DNA of 64,000 nucleotides from the NCBI RefSeq assembly GCF_009914755.1, contig NC_060928.1; one strand, given 5' to 3'. The translations under genes were made by a program, and so were the position numbers. Below are positions 48,494 through 62,572 of the stretch, piece after piece (position 1 is the stretch's first letter; each line of letters begins with the position of its first letter). The notes below the pieces were generated by a model, which saw only the letters and a list, made by a program, of their open reading frames with translations, was not told where the DNA came from and did no database searches. This stretch comes from the human T2T-CHM13v2.0 reference genome, Homo sapiens.

Positions 48494-49104
48494 TGTAGGG
48501 GCAGAAAAGTGGGATATGTTTTTTTCATGCATCACAAGGAACACTTTTGTAAAAAAACAACAAGAGAAAAGCACAGCCAATTTATTTAATCCAAGTTTCA
48601 CATGACATGGAAGCCTTCATAAATGAAGACTCAAAGACGCAAGGAAAACTGTGTGTTTTTATGCTTAGGTTCAATGAAGAATGAACAGCCATGTAGAAAT
48701 GTGATTGGACAAAAGGGTATCGTCTAATGGTAAGAGACTGAGTGGGGAAACCCAGGAGGGACTGTCTGTTCAGATTCTTCTTGGCCTCTGTGTGTGGCAT
48801 TCCTTTCCTCTGTGTTTAGACAGGGCACTTGTCACATAAGGGTTAGTAAGGAGAAGGGAGAAGGTCAGACAGTGACCTTTCTAGGTTTTACGGCCTGCCT
48901 TGGGGAAGAGGAGTTCTACTTTCTATGACCTACATTAGGGGAGAGGAATTCTGGTTTCTGTGAATCACTTCAGGGGGAAAAAAGCGGCAAGAGACAGGAG
49001 GGTGGGAGAAGGTCAGAAAGACATTGCTACTAAGGTCCTTCAGTTCAAAATGCTCAGCATGCGGGGGTGTTGTACTCTAGGTTATTGTGTTCTGAGCCCC
49101 AATA
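48494..49104 (-). mobile_element. MER39-like ERV1 solo LTR
   Basis: tgtaggggcagaaaag...tttttatgcttaggttcaatgaagaatg...gtgttctgagccccaata. Confidence 0.65.
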
Positions 49105-49569
49105 TTACCTACTTTAATCAAAGAGCTCATCATACTTTATGAACTCCTTTTGATGTTCTAGGAATACACTATGAAGTAAAAAAAATGTCATGGTCAAGTA
49201 AGTTAGATTAACATGACTGTATCACATACTGCAAGCATTAGAGGTTGACACATCAAGCCCATGTCCCTGTTCAAGACTTCCAGATAACCTGTCTTTATTT
49301 GAATGCTAATTTCCAAATTGCTCTGCATCTCTCTCAACCTGATCCATCAAGCAGCCCATCTGATCTTTCAGAACTTCCCCTTGTGCCCTCCAGAACTCAT
49401 AGGCTATCACCAACAAACTACCTTACATCTTCACTGCCTTGTATGAACATTCCTTCCACCTTACTCCAACTGAAAACTGCTCTGAGATTAGTACTTTCCT
49501 GGTGATTTTTCTCCCCATACACTGAACATCTCAGAGCTGGAAGCTGGAGGAGGTATCCTTGGTAACCCT

Positions 49570-50180
49570 TAGTTGTGAAGATCTTGTTCCTCACTATCTC
49601 TTAAATTCTTCCCCTCCTGCTTGTTTTCACAGCAACCACCCTAATTTGAACTCATTAAAGGCTCTAGATTCCTGCAATCGCCCCCTAACTATATCTCCTC
49701 CTCCTAGTATGGGCCCATTCCAATCTGTTCTCCACGCTGCTGTGATATTGATTTTTTAAATCACGCCATTTTCTTGTTTAAAGTCCTTAAATAGCTCCCC
49801 ACAGCTTTCAAGGATAAAGTTCAAACTCTTTCATTTAGTACATACAGCCTTTCATGACCCCATTTCTTCCTGTAATTTCAGCTTTATTGTCTGCTACTCC
49901 TTCACATTCGCCCTTTGCTCCAGCCATACTGAGCTATTTGTAGTTCTTTGCAGTTTCCAAGAGAACCAGACCACTTTTCAGGATAATCCCCTCCTGGGAT
50001 GACTTAATGCACTTTATGTGTGCTCCTAACACTCTCTGACCACTCTGTCCATCTATCACTGCACTTGTACTGTGCCACATGCTCTTTGATTTGCACCTTC
50101 TTGAGAGCAAACACCATGTTTCAGTCAGATTTGCATCCCTAGCACCTGGTAGGTGTTTGCTCAATAAATGAATAAAGAAA
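49570..50180 (+). mobile_element. L2 3' fragment
   Basis: ccattccaatctgttctccac...aggataaagttcaaactc...ctcaataaatgaataaa terminus. Confidence 0.7.
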
Positions 50181-52065
50181 GGGGTAACCAAAGCTATTCT
50201 ACCGATAGATAATGGGGTACAATTTTGAGTTGTTTGGAAAGTTGGTTGGTGTTGACTAGTTAATTTTCCTTCTATTGCTTCCTATGAAGTTAAATGTTGC
50301 ATGTGTATGTTGGGTGATATTGGTAATGGGGAGAGGGTATGGCTGTGTGTGTTGTGTGTGTTTGGGAAGGGACAGGCTGCATAAAACAAATTACCTTCCT
50401 TAGGAAGCCCCCCAAAATCTTGCTCTCAGGACCTGTGGAGAATAAATTGCCATAATTAGCTGTTGAATAAATTCTTATGACTACCTGTCTTGGAATGCCG
50501 TTATGGGCTAGGATTAAAGTATTCTAGGGTTCTTTACCCTAGTTTCTCTGTGCACATTCTTTTGGTAAGCCGTCAAATTAGCACAAGGTTCTCATTAACA
50601 TCAAAATCTAATCAACCAAATTTACTGTTAACAGAAATAACTCTCAGAGATTTGACATGGACTAACCAGTTAATGAGGATAATGTGCTTTAAAATCAGGC
50701 TGGCTGAAAAATTAGACAGTGAAGGTGTTTTTCATGCTCTTTCTTCTCTTTGTCTGGAATGTCCAGTCCTTGCCTTTCTGCTCAAATTTGTTCCTCAGGA
50801 CTTCCCTAAGTTACCCAAACTGACATAGGCATTGTCCCTGAGTTTCCATAGCACGCCATGGTACCTCACTAATAGCACAGGCTGAACAGGAATGTTTTAA
50901 TGAATATCTGTCTCTCCTAGACCATAAGTTCTTTAAGAACAGGAGCTATGTTATTTTTGTTTGTTTGTTTATTTCATCCTAGTTCCTAGGATTGTATCTA
51001 AAACACAGTAAAAACCAATTAATATTGCTTAACTTTCCGGGTCATGGGAAGCAACAAAATCTATGATGGCTGTAGGCTTGGCCAGAGAAATTACTTGTAT
51101 ATAAAATAACCATATACTTGTTTATATGAAAATAACATATACTACTTACAGAGAATTTGAATGCATAGAAGTACACAAAAAAGAAAATTTAAATTTTCTG
51201 TAATCTTTACAACTACCCAAGATGAATTACTTTTAATAGGTTGAACATTTTACTTTTGTGTACATACAATATTTGAGGGTCGAACTTAAATATTTATGTC
51301 AAGTTTAAATATTTAGTTTAAGTTCATATCAAATCAAGAATCAAAATGTGGAGCACTCCTAAGGAATCAAATACTCCCTTGAGTCAAAACAGTTTCAAGG
51401 ACAGGAGGGACATGTAAGATTTTCAAAAGTTAGTTCAATTTAGGGAACCATTTAACCTTGAAGGAGCTATTCACCTAGGATGAGTAAGCGTCTTATTCTG
51501 AAACCAGATTTTATTTGTATAGAATTAGTCTTTTGACTGTTTTCCACTTTTTAAAAACCTATTTTATAAAGATTGAAGGATCAGTTATTCAAATCTACAG
51601 ATTTTGTTTATCCAGATTCATAGCTGAAGAGTAGCTAGCAGTTGGAATGTGCAGAAATGGCTCTGAAACTTTGAGTAGGTGTTCTGAAATGTCGTTTTCT
51701 CTGGGTAATGTCATTAATATTCCTGGATCTGTGATCTCCTCCCTGGGGGCTATGGTGACAAGGAACAGCCTCTTTACATCCCTCCCTCCTTCCCTCACCA
51801 TTCTAGCCCCGGTATTATAGTAATAAGGGTAAAGGGACAATCACTCCTCTTAAGGAAAATAAAACCCTAGTCTTTCAAGGTTGCTCTTGGAGGGAAATCT
51901 TGCACGTCTCAGAAAAACCCTCAGTCATTATTTCCCCTGTTCTGAAGTGAGCTTAGGGCACCATTTTCCTTTTAACATTCTAGGACCAAAGTAAACCCAA
52001 GGTCTTTGCCTTTAACTTTCGGTAACATAGCTGAGATGAGGCTACAACTTTTTTTTAAAAGCCTT

Positions 52066-52561
52066 TGTAGAGAAGAAAAAAAATGACTTCTCTTTACCCT
52101 CCCAAGTTCTTGCTAGTCTATGAATTAAATTGACATGAAAAAGATTAACAGGAGAAAAACCATATGTAATTATATACATTTATACAGGAGACCCACAAAA
52201 ATATGAGACTTGAAGAAGGGTCAGATAATTGAAGCTTCTATGGCATCTTGAGCTATCAAAAGGAATAAGGGCTTGGAGCTTTTGGCAGGTGGTAAAGACA
52301 AGTTATAGGAGGGTGAGGGGAGGAAATATATGGTATAAAAATATGGAAATAAAAGTCTCTTGGGTGATAAAAGGAGAAGGTCTCTTTCTGATACAGATAT
52401 CTTTACTAAAAAAAATTTATTTTTCAAAGATGTAAATTGATTTTACAAAGGGCAGCTTTTCAGAGCTATTTCTATTTCTGCAGTTTCTCAGAATAACCAG
52501 CTTTAAATAATCAATATGCCAAAGAGAAATATTTTGAGGTGGTATTTCCTGAGCCCAAACA
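52066..52561 (-). mobile_element. MER34-family solo LTR
   Basis: aaattgacatgaaaaagattaacaggagaaaaa...aataatcaatatgccaaagagaaatattttgaggtggtatttcctgagcccaaaca. Confidence 0.65.
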
Positions 52562-52585
52562 GGAAATACCACCCCAAAATATTTC

Positions 52586-52839
52586 TTTTTGAGATAGAGT
52601 CTTGTTAGCAGTATTACAGCTCACTGCAGCCTTGATCTCCCCAGCCTCAGGTGATCTTCCCACCTCAGCCTCCCAACTAGCTGGGACTACAGGCACATGC
52701 CACCACACCTGGCTACTTTTTATATTTTTGTGGAGATGGTGTCTTGCTATGATGCCCAGGCTGGGCTTGAACTCTGGGGCTCTAGTGATCCGCCCACCCA
52801 AACTGCAGGGATTACATGTATGAGCCACCGTGCCCAGCC
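52586..52839 (-). mobile_element. AluJ-like with an internal deletion
   Basis: cagctcactgcagccttgatctcc...gagccaccgtgcccagcc. Confidence 0.9.
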
Positions 52840-52841
52840 TT

Positions 52842-52918
52842 ATGATTCTGCATTTCTAACAAGTGCCCAGATGATGTTTCTGCTACTGGTCTGCACATCA
52901 AACTTTGAGGAACCAGGG
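52842..52918. mobile_element. MER5A-like fragment
   Basis: tctgcatttctaacaagtgcccagatgatg...actttgaggaaccag. Confidence 0.65.
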
Positions 52919-53934
52919 CATATGCCTGGTAATATTAGAAATGATTGGGGCATCACAGCAGGGACTGGAAACCATGAGCTGCCTGGGAAAAAGGAGGAGA
53001 CGACAGTTTGTGAAACACTCCAGGAAACTCTCCTCTAACCAAATTTCAGGACCTTTCTCAAATCATGTGACCCTGAGAATGTACACCTCCTTAAATCTTG
53101 CATCCCAGGTGCTTCACTTTACTCACTCTAGATCCTCTCTGTCTGGAATCAAGATACAATCATAAAATTGATGGAAAAGTATATATGTCAAATTTTAGAA
53201 AAATCCCAAATCTTAAAATCGTAAAAATTAAAAGAAGCTTACTACACAAGAGAAACCAGTATTTAGTGAATGTCTACCATATGCCACATTCTTTGGAGAG
53301 TATTGCGCTAAAATCTTTTGGGTGTAAGTCATTACGAAGTTCATTTTGGAGATGAGAAAATTAAGGTTTAGAAGTTTTTAAATGTCTTTTAAAATTCCCA
53401 CTAGGAATTAGGGAGAGAGTTTGATTCCAAAGTTGTACTGCTCTACTCCACCACCACTCCTGACTATCCTTGGAGGGTTAGGTGTCTAGCTCTATGAAAA
53501 CTAACTCCGTGAAAGGTAACATTTCATTACAGTGAATATTTAATGAGAAGATCTATGGGGAAAGGAAATAGTATAGGTAATCAAAAACAAAAATGTATAC
53601 TTGATTTTGGGACAAACCATTTTTTTTGGTAGTCCTAGATTCTTAACTTTATTTTCCTTCTGATGATATTAAAATTTAATATTTATTCTATCTATTAAGT
53701 GACAGGAGCTGTTAATAAAAAATATGTTGTTGCATAGGTAGAGAAAAACCTGACTTGGCAATAAATATTGTTTCAAATAAATGCTGGCATAAACAAGCGA
53801 TGAATGAGTAATTTTAAGCTATCTTTACACATTCTTTTAAGACTCCTAAGTTTGAAATAGTTTATCTGAAACATTGAATAAATTTAAAAAATCACAGTGT
53901 TAATTGGGATTAAATTAATTTTGAGCCATGCTGT

Positions 53935-54490
53935 TGAGAGGTGAAGCCTGCTTGGCTTCTGGGTTGGGTGGAGACTTGGAGAACTTTTCTGTCTAGCTAA
54001 AGGTTTGTAAACGCACCAATCAGCACTCTGTAAAAATGCACCAATCAGTGCTCTGTGTCTAGTTAAAGGTTTTTAAACGCACCAATCAGCACTCTGTAAA
54101 AACGGACCAATCAGCAGGACGTGGGTGGGGCCAAATAAGGGACTAAAAGCTGGCCACCCGCAGCAGTGGCAACCCACTCAGGTCCCCTTCCATGCTGTGG
54201 AAGCTTTGTTCTTTCGTTCTTCACAATACATCTTGCTGCTGCTCACTCTTTGGGTCTGCATTACCTTTAAGAGCTGTAACACTCACTGTGAAGGTCTGTG
54301 GCTTCACTCCTGAAGTCAAGCAAGACCACGAATCCACTGGAAGAAACTCCGGACACATCTGAACATCTGAAGGAACAAACTCTGGACAAACTGTCTTTAA
54401 GAACTGTAACACTCACTGCGAGGGTCCGCAGCTTCATTCTTGAAGTCAGTAAGACCAAGAACCCACCAGAAGAAACCAATTCCGGACACA
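53935..54490 (+). mobile_element. LTR12-family (ERV9; LTR12/LTR12F-like) solo LTR
   Basis: tgagaggtgaagcc...tccggacaca. Perfect TSD CTGT at 53931-53934 and 54491-54494. Four CCAAT repeats and a repeated agctgtaacactcactg U5 unit. Confidence 0.93.
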
Positions 54491-54649
54491 CTGTGACCAA
54501 ATTAGATAATTAATGAGAATGTGCTACCATATAATTCTTTTTAAATAATCAGCTTTATCAATAGAACTTGTACCTAGACATGCAAATTAAATTTAAAGAA
54601 CAGTTGATCTCTAACCAGTAATATATAGACCATCGAGTCACTGAATTTC

Positions 54650-54974
<325 letters not shown>

Positions 54975-55148
54975 TAACCATCACAGGAGTAAACATTTAA
55001 TCTTAGCATTTTAAAATCACTTCACACATTACTTGTATTTTTTGACACTACATCCTAGTTAGTAGCCAAAATGAATTTCTTCCCTTAAAAGAACAATTGG
55101 GCTAACTTTGATCCTTTGAACTAAAATTGCTTTAAAATTCAGTTTGTT

Positions 55149-55467
<319 letters not shown>

Positions 55468-56403
55468 TCAGTTTGTTCTGAGGCAGAATAGGTTATAAAT
55501 GGAGATATTGAAATTTTAGGCATAGGGTGAAAAAATTATATTACCTTTTAGATTACTAGAAATGCTAGATCTCTTGATTTTAAAAGGGAGTTTAACTATC
55601 AAATAAACGGGAGGAATAATGAAAAATGTTTTTTGGTTAAGTAGACACACCAAGTAAACTTATTGGACAATTAACAATATATTATTTTTATTATTAGTTT
55701 CTGTTTCACGTAATATTGTTGTCTCCCAGCAAGAAAAGGACTATTTCTTTTATTTGCCATAGTTACAACACATTATTAAATATAAAACATAATAAATAGC
55801 CTTAGTGATCACTACAGAAAAAAATCCATGAAACCTGTAAATGGGTATCAAACTATGCTGGATGCTGTACATGGCAAATTGACTAATGATGCAATTCCGT
55901 ATTTTCTGTCCTGAGAAACAGCATTAAAAACAGGATAATCTAATTACTGTTTGGTCATAAGATAATTCTGGAAATTTTCTAAGTAAAATATGCATATTTT
56001 TCTTCTTCTGTTTCTCATTGATGTTTGAGGTGATTACATTCACAAGGGAGAGGATGCCTGATCCAAGAATAGTTTTAACGGGAGGTAAAGTACCACATGA
56101 GACAAGATTAAAAGCAGAGATAACTAGAAAGATTGTTTTAACCAAGAAACAACTTCTTTTCTAATTCTCAATTTCCTTTCAAGGCCTTCTTTTGCTCAGA
56201 AAATGTAATATCCCTCATCCCACAGTTAAGACAAAAATCAATAGAAACCTTAGGCAGTTATTTGTCATCTTATAAAGTTTAATGCCATTAAGTTTTCACC
56301 CAGAGCCTTCTGTAGCCAATTCTGGTATATGGAGTCATTTAAGGGTAAGATAAGTATTCCAGAAGTTTGTAGGAAGATAGCAATACATGAAATAATACCA
56401 GTA

Positions 56404-57245
56404 TTCATTCATTCATTTATTTATTCCACACACATTTATTGCTACATATGTTAAGAACATAGTAGTGAACAAAACAGACCTTCACTCCATCCATTAAATT
56501 CATGTCCTCATTGAGCTTACATTCTATAGAGGGGAGAAATATAATAAATGATTAAAATGCAAAGGACGTCAAATATTGACATGAAGAAAAATAAAGTAGA
56601 GAGAGGGGATAAGGAGTGTCAGGTGGTGGGAGGCTTAGTCATTTGCTATTTTAAGTAGAGTGGTCAGGATGGCCTCAGTAAGATGCTGTTATTGAGTGGA
56701 GATCTGAAGAAAGGGAGAAGGGAGACATGTGAATGAACATGGGAAGAAGGGTCCAACCAAAAGAAACTGCAAGGGCAAAGACTCGGGAGAATCATGGAGG
56801 CCCAGGTTGCTACAGTGCAGGTAGTGAAGGGGAGAGAAATTCAGATACACGTTGGGTATCTGCATAAATGCAAGGAAATGAAGTCAGACAAATGAGCAGG
56901 GCCAGGACTTGGGAGTCCATTTTGAGTACTATGGTTTTCCCTAACAGAGAGATGGGTTTTGAGCAGAAGAAAAGCAAAATCTACTTTATGTTTTAGCGTA
57001 GTCACTTTGATTGATGTTTTGACAAGAGAGTACAGGGGTCATGGAAGAAGTAGAAAGACCATTAAAGAGACGATTGCAAAATCTAGGTGAGAGATAATGA
57101 ATGGTGGTTTTGACTAGGGTGGTAGCATGGAGTGTATTCAGATTCTGAATACACTTTGCAGGTATCTCTAAAAGGATTTGCTGTGGAATTGGACATGAGG
57201 TGTGGTAGAAGAAGTCAAAGGTAATTTCTCGCTTATCATTGACAT
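56404..57245 (-). mobile_element. L2a 3' portion
   Basis: ttcattcattcatt tail; gagcttacattcta; gtggtcaggatggcctc. Confidence 0.75.
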
Positions 57246-57249
57246 TGAG

Positions 57250-57660
57250 TGACAGTTGGGCCCACAACTCTTTTGCCCCCTGCTCAATCTTGTCCTTCAC
57301 TTCTTCTATTTCTGGCCCAGGTGGGTAAGTACAGCTCTGGCAAAGGGTACCAGCTTTTTCTGCAGGTCACCTGTGTCATGAAGTTAGATGCAATGAGAGA
57401 CAGATGAGTGTTTCTGTTGATCCGTGTACTTCCTAGCCTGTCCTTGATCATCCCTGCTTTCTTTCAGAGTCATTCAGTCTTTCTTTCAGATTCCAGTCCT
57501 GCTGACCTACAACAGTGCAGTCAGGTCCATCAACAGACGCAGAGGCAAAAGCCTTCCATTAATGCCTTTACCAGCAACGAGAAATGTGTAATGTTTAAGC
57601 CCTATAATAAAGAGCTTCTTCTGTGTAATTCATGATTCTGGATGCAATGATCTCCTGCAT
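57250..57660 (+). mobile_element. Old ERVL-type LTR relic (LTR41/LTR67-like)
   Basis: tcctgctgacctac...agaggcaaaagccttccat...ccctataataaa. Confidence 0.4.
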
Positions 57661-57949
57661 TTGTCATTCTTTTTTGTCCAGATTCTTGATCCTGCTTAGC
57701 TGAACTACAGGCCTTGGTCTTCCTGTTGATATAATATTTCATCATTTTGGACATTCATGATACTTTCTATAAATGTTATATTTTATTATAGAATCAATCA
57801 TCATATTTTATTAATGTTAAGAGTATCTGTATGAATGTTTAGCCATTCTGGCTTGGATTGTAGAATTCTGACATTAAAACTTGATAAAAACTTTGTCAAT
57901 TAGTTGAGTGTAGAAGATTTTTGTGAAGCAGTTAAAATTTTATTGAGCT

Positions 57950-58790
<841 letters not shown>

Positions 58791-59460
58791 GGGAAGAAAA
58801 TTCTGACACATGCTACAACATAGATGAACCTTGAATCCATTATGCTAAGTACAATAAGTCAGTCACAAAAGAACAAACACGGTCATGTGTTAATAATGGG
58901 GGATACATTTTGCAAAATGCAGCATTAGGCGATTGCATCATTATGCAAATTTCATCACGTGTATTTACACAAACCTAGATGGTATAGCCTACTATACACC
59001 TAGGCTATATGGTATAGCCTATTGCTTCTAGGCCACAAAACTGCACAGCCTGTTAATACTGAATACAGTAAGGAATTGTAACACGATGGTAATTATTTGT
59101 ATATTTGTACATATCTAAACATAGAAAAGATACAATAGAAATATGGTATTATAATCTTATGGGACCACTGTAGTATATACCGTCAGTCACTGGCTGAAAT
59201 GTCATTATGTGGCATATGACTGTATTCCATGATTCCACTTATATGAAGTACCTAGAGTAGTCAAATTCATAAAGACCGAAAGTAGAGTGGTACTTGTTAG
59301 GGAGTGGGGGAAAAGTGGTATGGGAGTTATTGTTTAATGAGTATAGAGTTTCAGTGTGGGATAGTGAAAAGTTCTGGAGATGGATGGTGGTGATGGTTGC
59401 ATAACAATGTGAATGTACTTAATGTCACTAATTGTACACATGAAAATGGTTAAAATGGGA
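58791..59460 (+). mobile_element. Second L1MB 3' end, interrupted by Tigger3a
   Basis: attctgacacatgctacaacatagatgaaccttg...gttctggagatggatggtggtgatggttgc. Confidence 0.85.
58880..59222 (-). mobile_element. Tigger3a/MER7A-like non-autonomous DNA transposon
   Basis: Ends cggtcatg / catatgactg+TA. Internal acaaacctagatggtatagcctactatacacctaggct. Confidence 0.8.
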
Positions 59461-60069
59461 CAAAACATTAATGCAGAACATCCAAGAGTCAGCCCTAGAC
59501 CATAGTGTCCAGAGGGGAACCTTAGTGCAGGAAATGCTATGAGAGATGAAGGAACCAGTACAGAAATCGTAACACCTACTGCTATAGCTTGGGCCTGATG
59601 ACATGAAAAAAAATGTACAAGACTAAGGTTGATCTGTTGAGACATCATCATAAAATATTAATAATGTAGAAAATGGGCCAGAAGTATAGTATAGCCTATT
59701 CTTACATAATTTCTATAGTTTAGTCTGTAAAAATCTGGAATCTTATTTAAATATTAATGCGTCAATGTTACTTAGAAAGGTTAGAGCCATAGACTACTCT
59801 TTTTAGATGACTTTTTATAGATCCTTCAGTCAAAGTTTCACAGTTGAAGAAGTCAAGGTTTAGAAGAAGTAAAATAAGTGGCCCAGGACCACATTTCTAG
59901 TTAATACCAAAGCAACCTACACCTAGGGTTCTGATTTCTTGGCTGGTGTTTTTTCTACTATAGCCACTGCTACTCTCTTTTATTTTTAATACATAAATTT
60001 ATCACTGCTAGTCTTATGCTTCTACCTACAGTTAGACTGACTCTAGAGCTATAATTGTTTCCAAATGGT

Positions 60070-60522
60070 CATTGTCCCTTTACTCCATAGTTAAAGAGTT
60101 CTGGCTATACCAATGGCCATCCGGTTGGAGGGTACAATTCCTAACTTTCCTTCATCTAGGCATGGCCATATGATTAAGCTTTGGCCAATGGGACATGCAT
60201 ATATGACTCTTGTGTCACACCTGGGACTAGCTCTACCAAGGATTGAGCATCTGCTTCCTTCATCCCAGTTACTCCTTCCTGGCTGTCTGGATCATGGACT
60301 TGGTGGCGGTGGATCTGCTTGCCCCCATAGAGGACTCTACCGAGTGCTGGAACAATAAGATAAAAGAAACCAGAGTTTCCTAGGCAACTTGGTTGAGTAG
60401 AGTTTCCTGCCCTTTATCAATTTGAATGTTTATACAAAATAAAAATCAATTTTTCATCACATTTAGGCCAGTGTTGTTTTGGTCTTTGGTAAAGTAGCCA
60501 AGACAATATCCTACTTAATGTA
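60070..60522 (+). mobile_element. MLT1-family MaLR LTR
   Basis: tggccatatgattaagctttggccaatggga...atcctacttaat. Confidence 0.6.
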
Positions 60523-61230
60523 GTGGATTTAATTTTCAAGGGCAGTTGCAACTTCAAAAATAGTATTCTCTTCTTCCCACAAACTTTGATATGTTCAAAA
60601 CATTTCATCTAGATCAACTATTTAAGTTTCATCTCTTTGATGCCACTTTTACCCTGAGTTGATTAAGAAACAACACAAAACAGGACATTCTATTGGATAA
60701 CATTTTCTTAATATTTGCAGAAAATATGCTCAGATAGTCACAAATTCATGGCCAAATTCATATTTAATTATAAGGCTAGACTCAGGAAACAACAAACCAA
60801 CCAAAAATACACAAACAAAACAAACAATAAGCTAATCACAAATATTATCTTGGCAAGTTGTGTGTCCCTCTAGGGTGATCATTTTCTCCTTTTTATTTCC
60901 TCTTGACCTCCAGGACATATCCTACATCCCTCATGGAGATGCATACATAATCAAAGACCACCTTGTATGAGCACTGCCAGGGAGAATCAAGTGAATCCAA
61001 GTTTAATCTAAAGGGTTTAAGGATCAGCAATGGAATTTTTGGAATTTGTAAAGTAGGAAGGGATATTATGAATTGCCTACAAAATCCACTACTTGAACTT
61101 GCCTCTTTTGCCAGTATTGTATGTTTTCCTCACCACACCAGCCTCGTGGCAAGGCTAGAGTTATAATAAGTAAAAGTCACACAAAATTTCTCTGGCTCTT
61201 GGCACTTACCTGAGATTGTGGAACTTGTAA

Positions 61231-61576
<346 letters not shown>

Positions 61577-61704
61577 TCCTGTGGTTATTTTTAATGGAAC
61601 TGTTCATGCCTGAATCCAGTTGTGACATGAGAGAGTTTTCTCATCCTGTGACAATTAAGATAAGTATGTGACTGCCATTTGTGCTGGTAGCAACTCCAGA
61701 GGGT

Positions 61705-61885
61705 GACTTGTGTTTGAATTTTGGCTCTTTCCTTTATCCACTGGGTGAAGTTTGCAAGTTTTTTCATCTCACTGAGTCTTAGTTTCCTTGTCTATAAAAC
61801 AGAGCTTGGGAAAGTGTCAAATGAGATAATTTCGTCAAGTTGTTAGTGTAAAGACTTGCCACATACTAGGCACTCATTAAACGAT
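61705..61885 (+). mobile_element. MIR
   Basis: ctcactgagtcttagtttccttgtctataaaac...aaatgagataat. Confidence 0.7.
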
Positions 61886-62476
61886 CTTATGATTGTTGTC
61901 ACCCTTGTGACCTGTTACACTGAGTCCTTGATGCACCCTGAAGCTCTAGTCTTGCTTCCCACTTCTTATCAAGGTGTTGCAGCCTGTAATACTATAGTGT
62001 TTGCTATGGAGTACAGTGCTGCCTCTGGTGGTTCCAGGTGCTGAATGAGCACTGCTCTCTCCTGACCCCTCACAAAGTCAGACAGTGATGGCACGGCACT
62101 GTGCTGAAACCCCAGCCCAAGAAAAAAGGAGCAACTTTGCGCTGTGCATCTCAGTTTCTTTTTTAATCTACAGTCTCTTACTAGGTGGACTAAGGAAAAA
62201 GAAAAGACGTTACTTTGCTACATTTTCTATCCATCCCCTCTAACTAACTATACTAGCTAAACTAAATGAAAAGGAAATTGTCAAGACCAATGCTTCATAA
62301 ATTTTCACATCATGACAGATAGAAAACAATGATATTTGTATAGGCCATTTGGGTAAATGGATGTGGCCCCCTATGGCTAGAAATGATCCAGGAACTTCAG
62401 CTATCACAAGTTCTGTTCTTCAGCCATCCCCAGAGCTGAAGGTATCAGTATCTTGACCCATTCACGGTATAGCAGT

Positions 62477-62572
62477 AGGGTTTACCCAGAACTGAAGGGT
62501 TCTCTGAGATGTGAAATTTTCGTTGCTAAAACTAGGGAAATCCTAGGTGAACCAGGACAAGTTGGTCACCCT
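62477..62572. mobile_element. MER94/MER81-like hAT-Blackjack relic
   Basis: gaaccaggacaagttggtcaccct terminus. Confidence 0.55.

Noticed and set aside
53990-54490. Repeat-spacer-like pattern suggesting CRISPR
   Set aside because: These are the normal U3 and U5 tandem repeats of LTR12 in a eukaryotic genome, with no cas genes.
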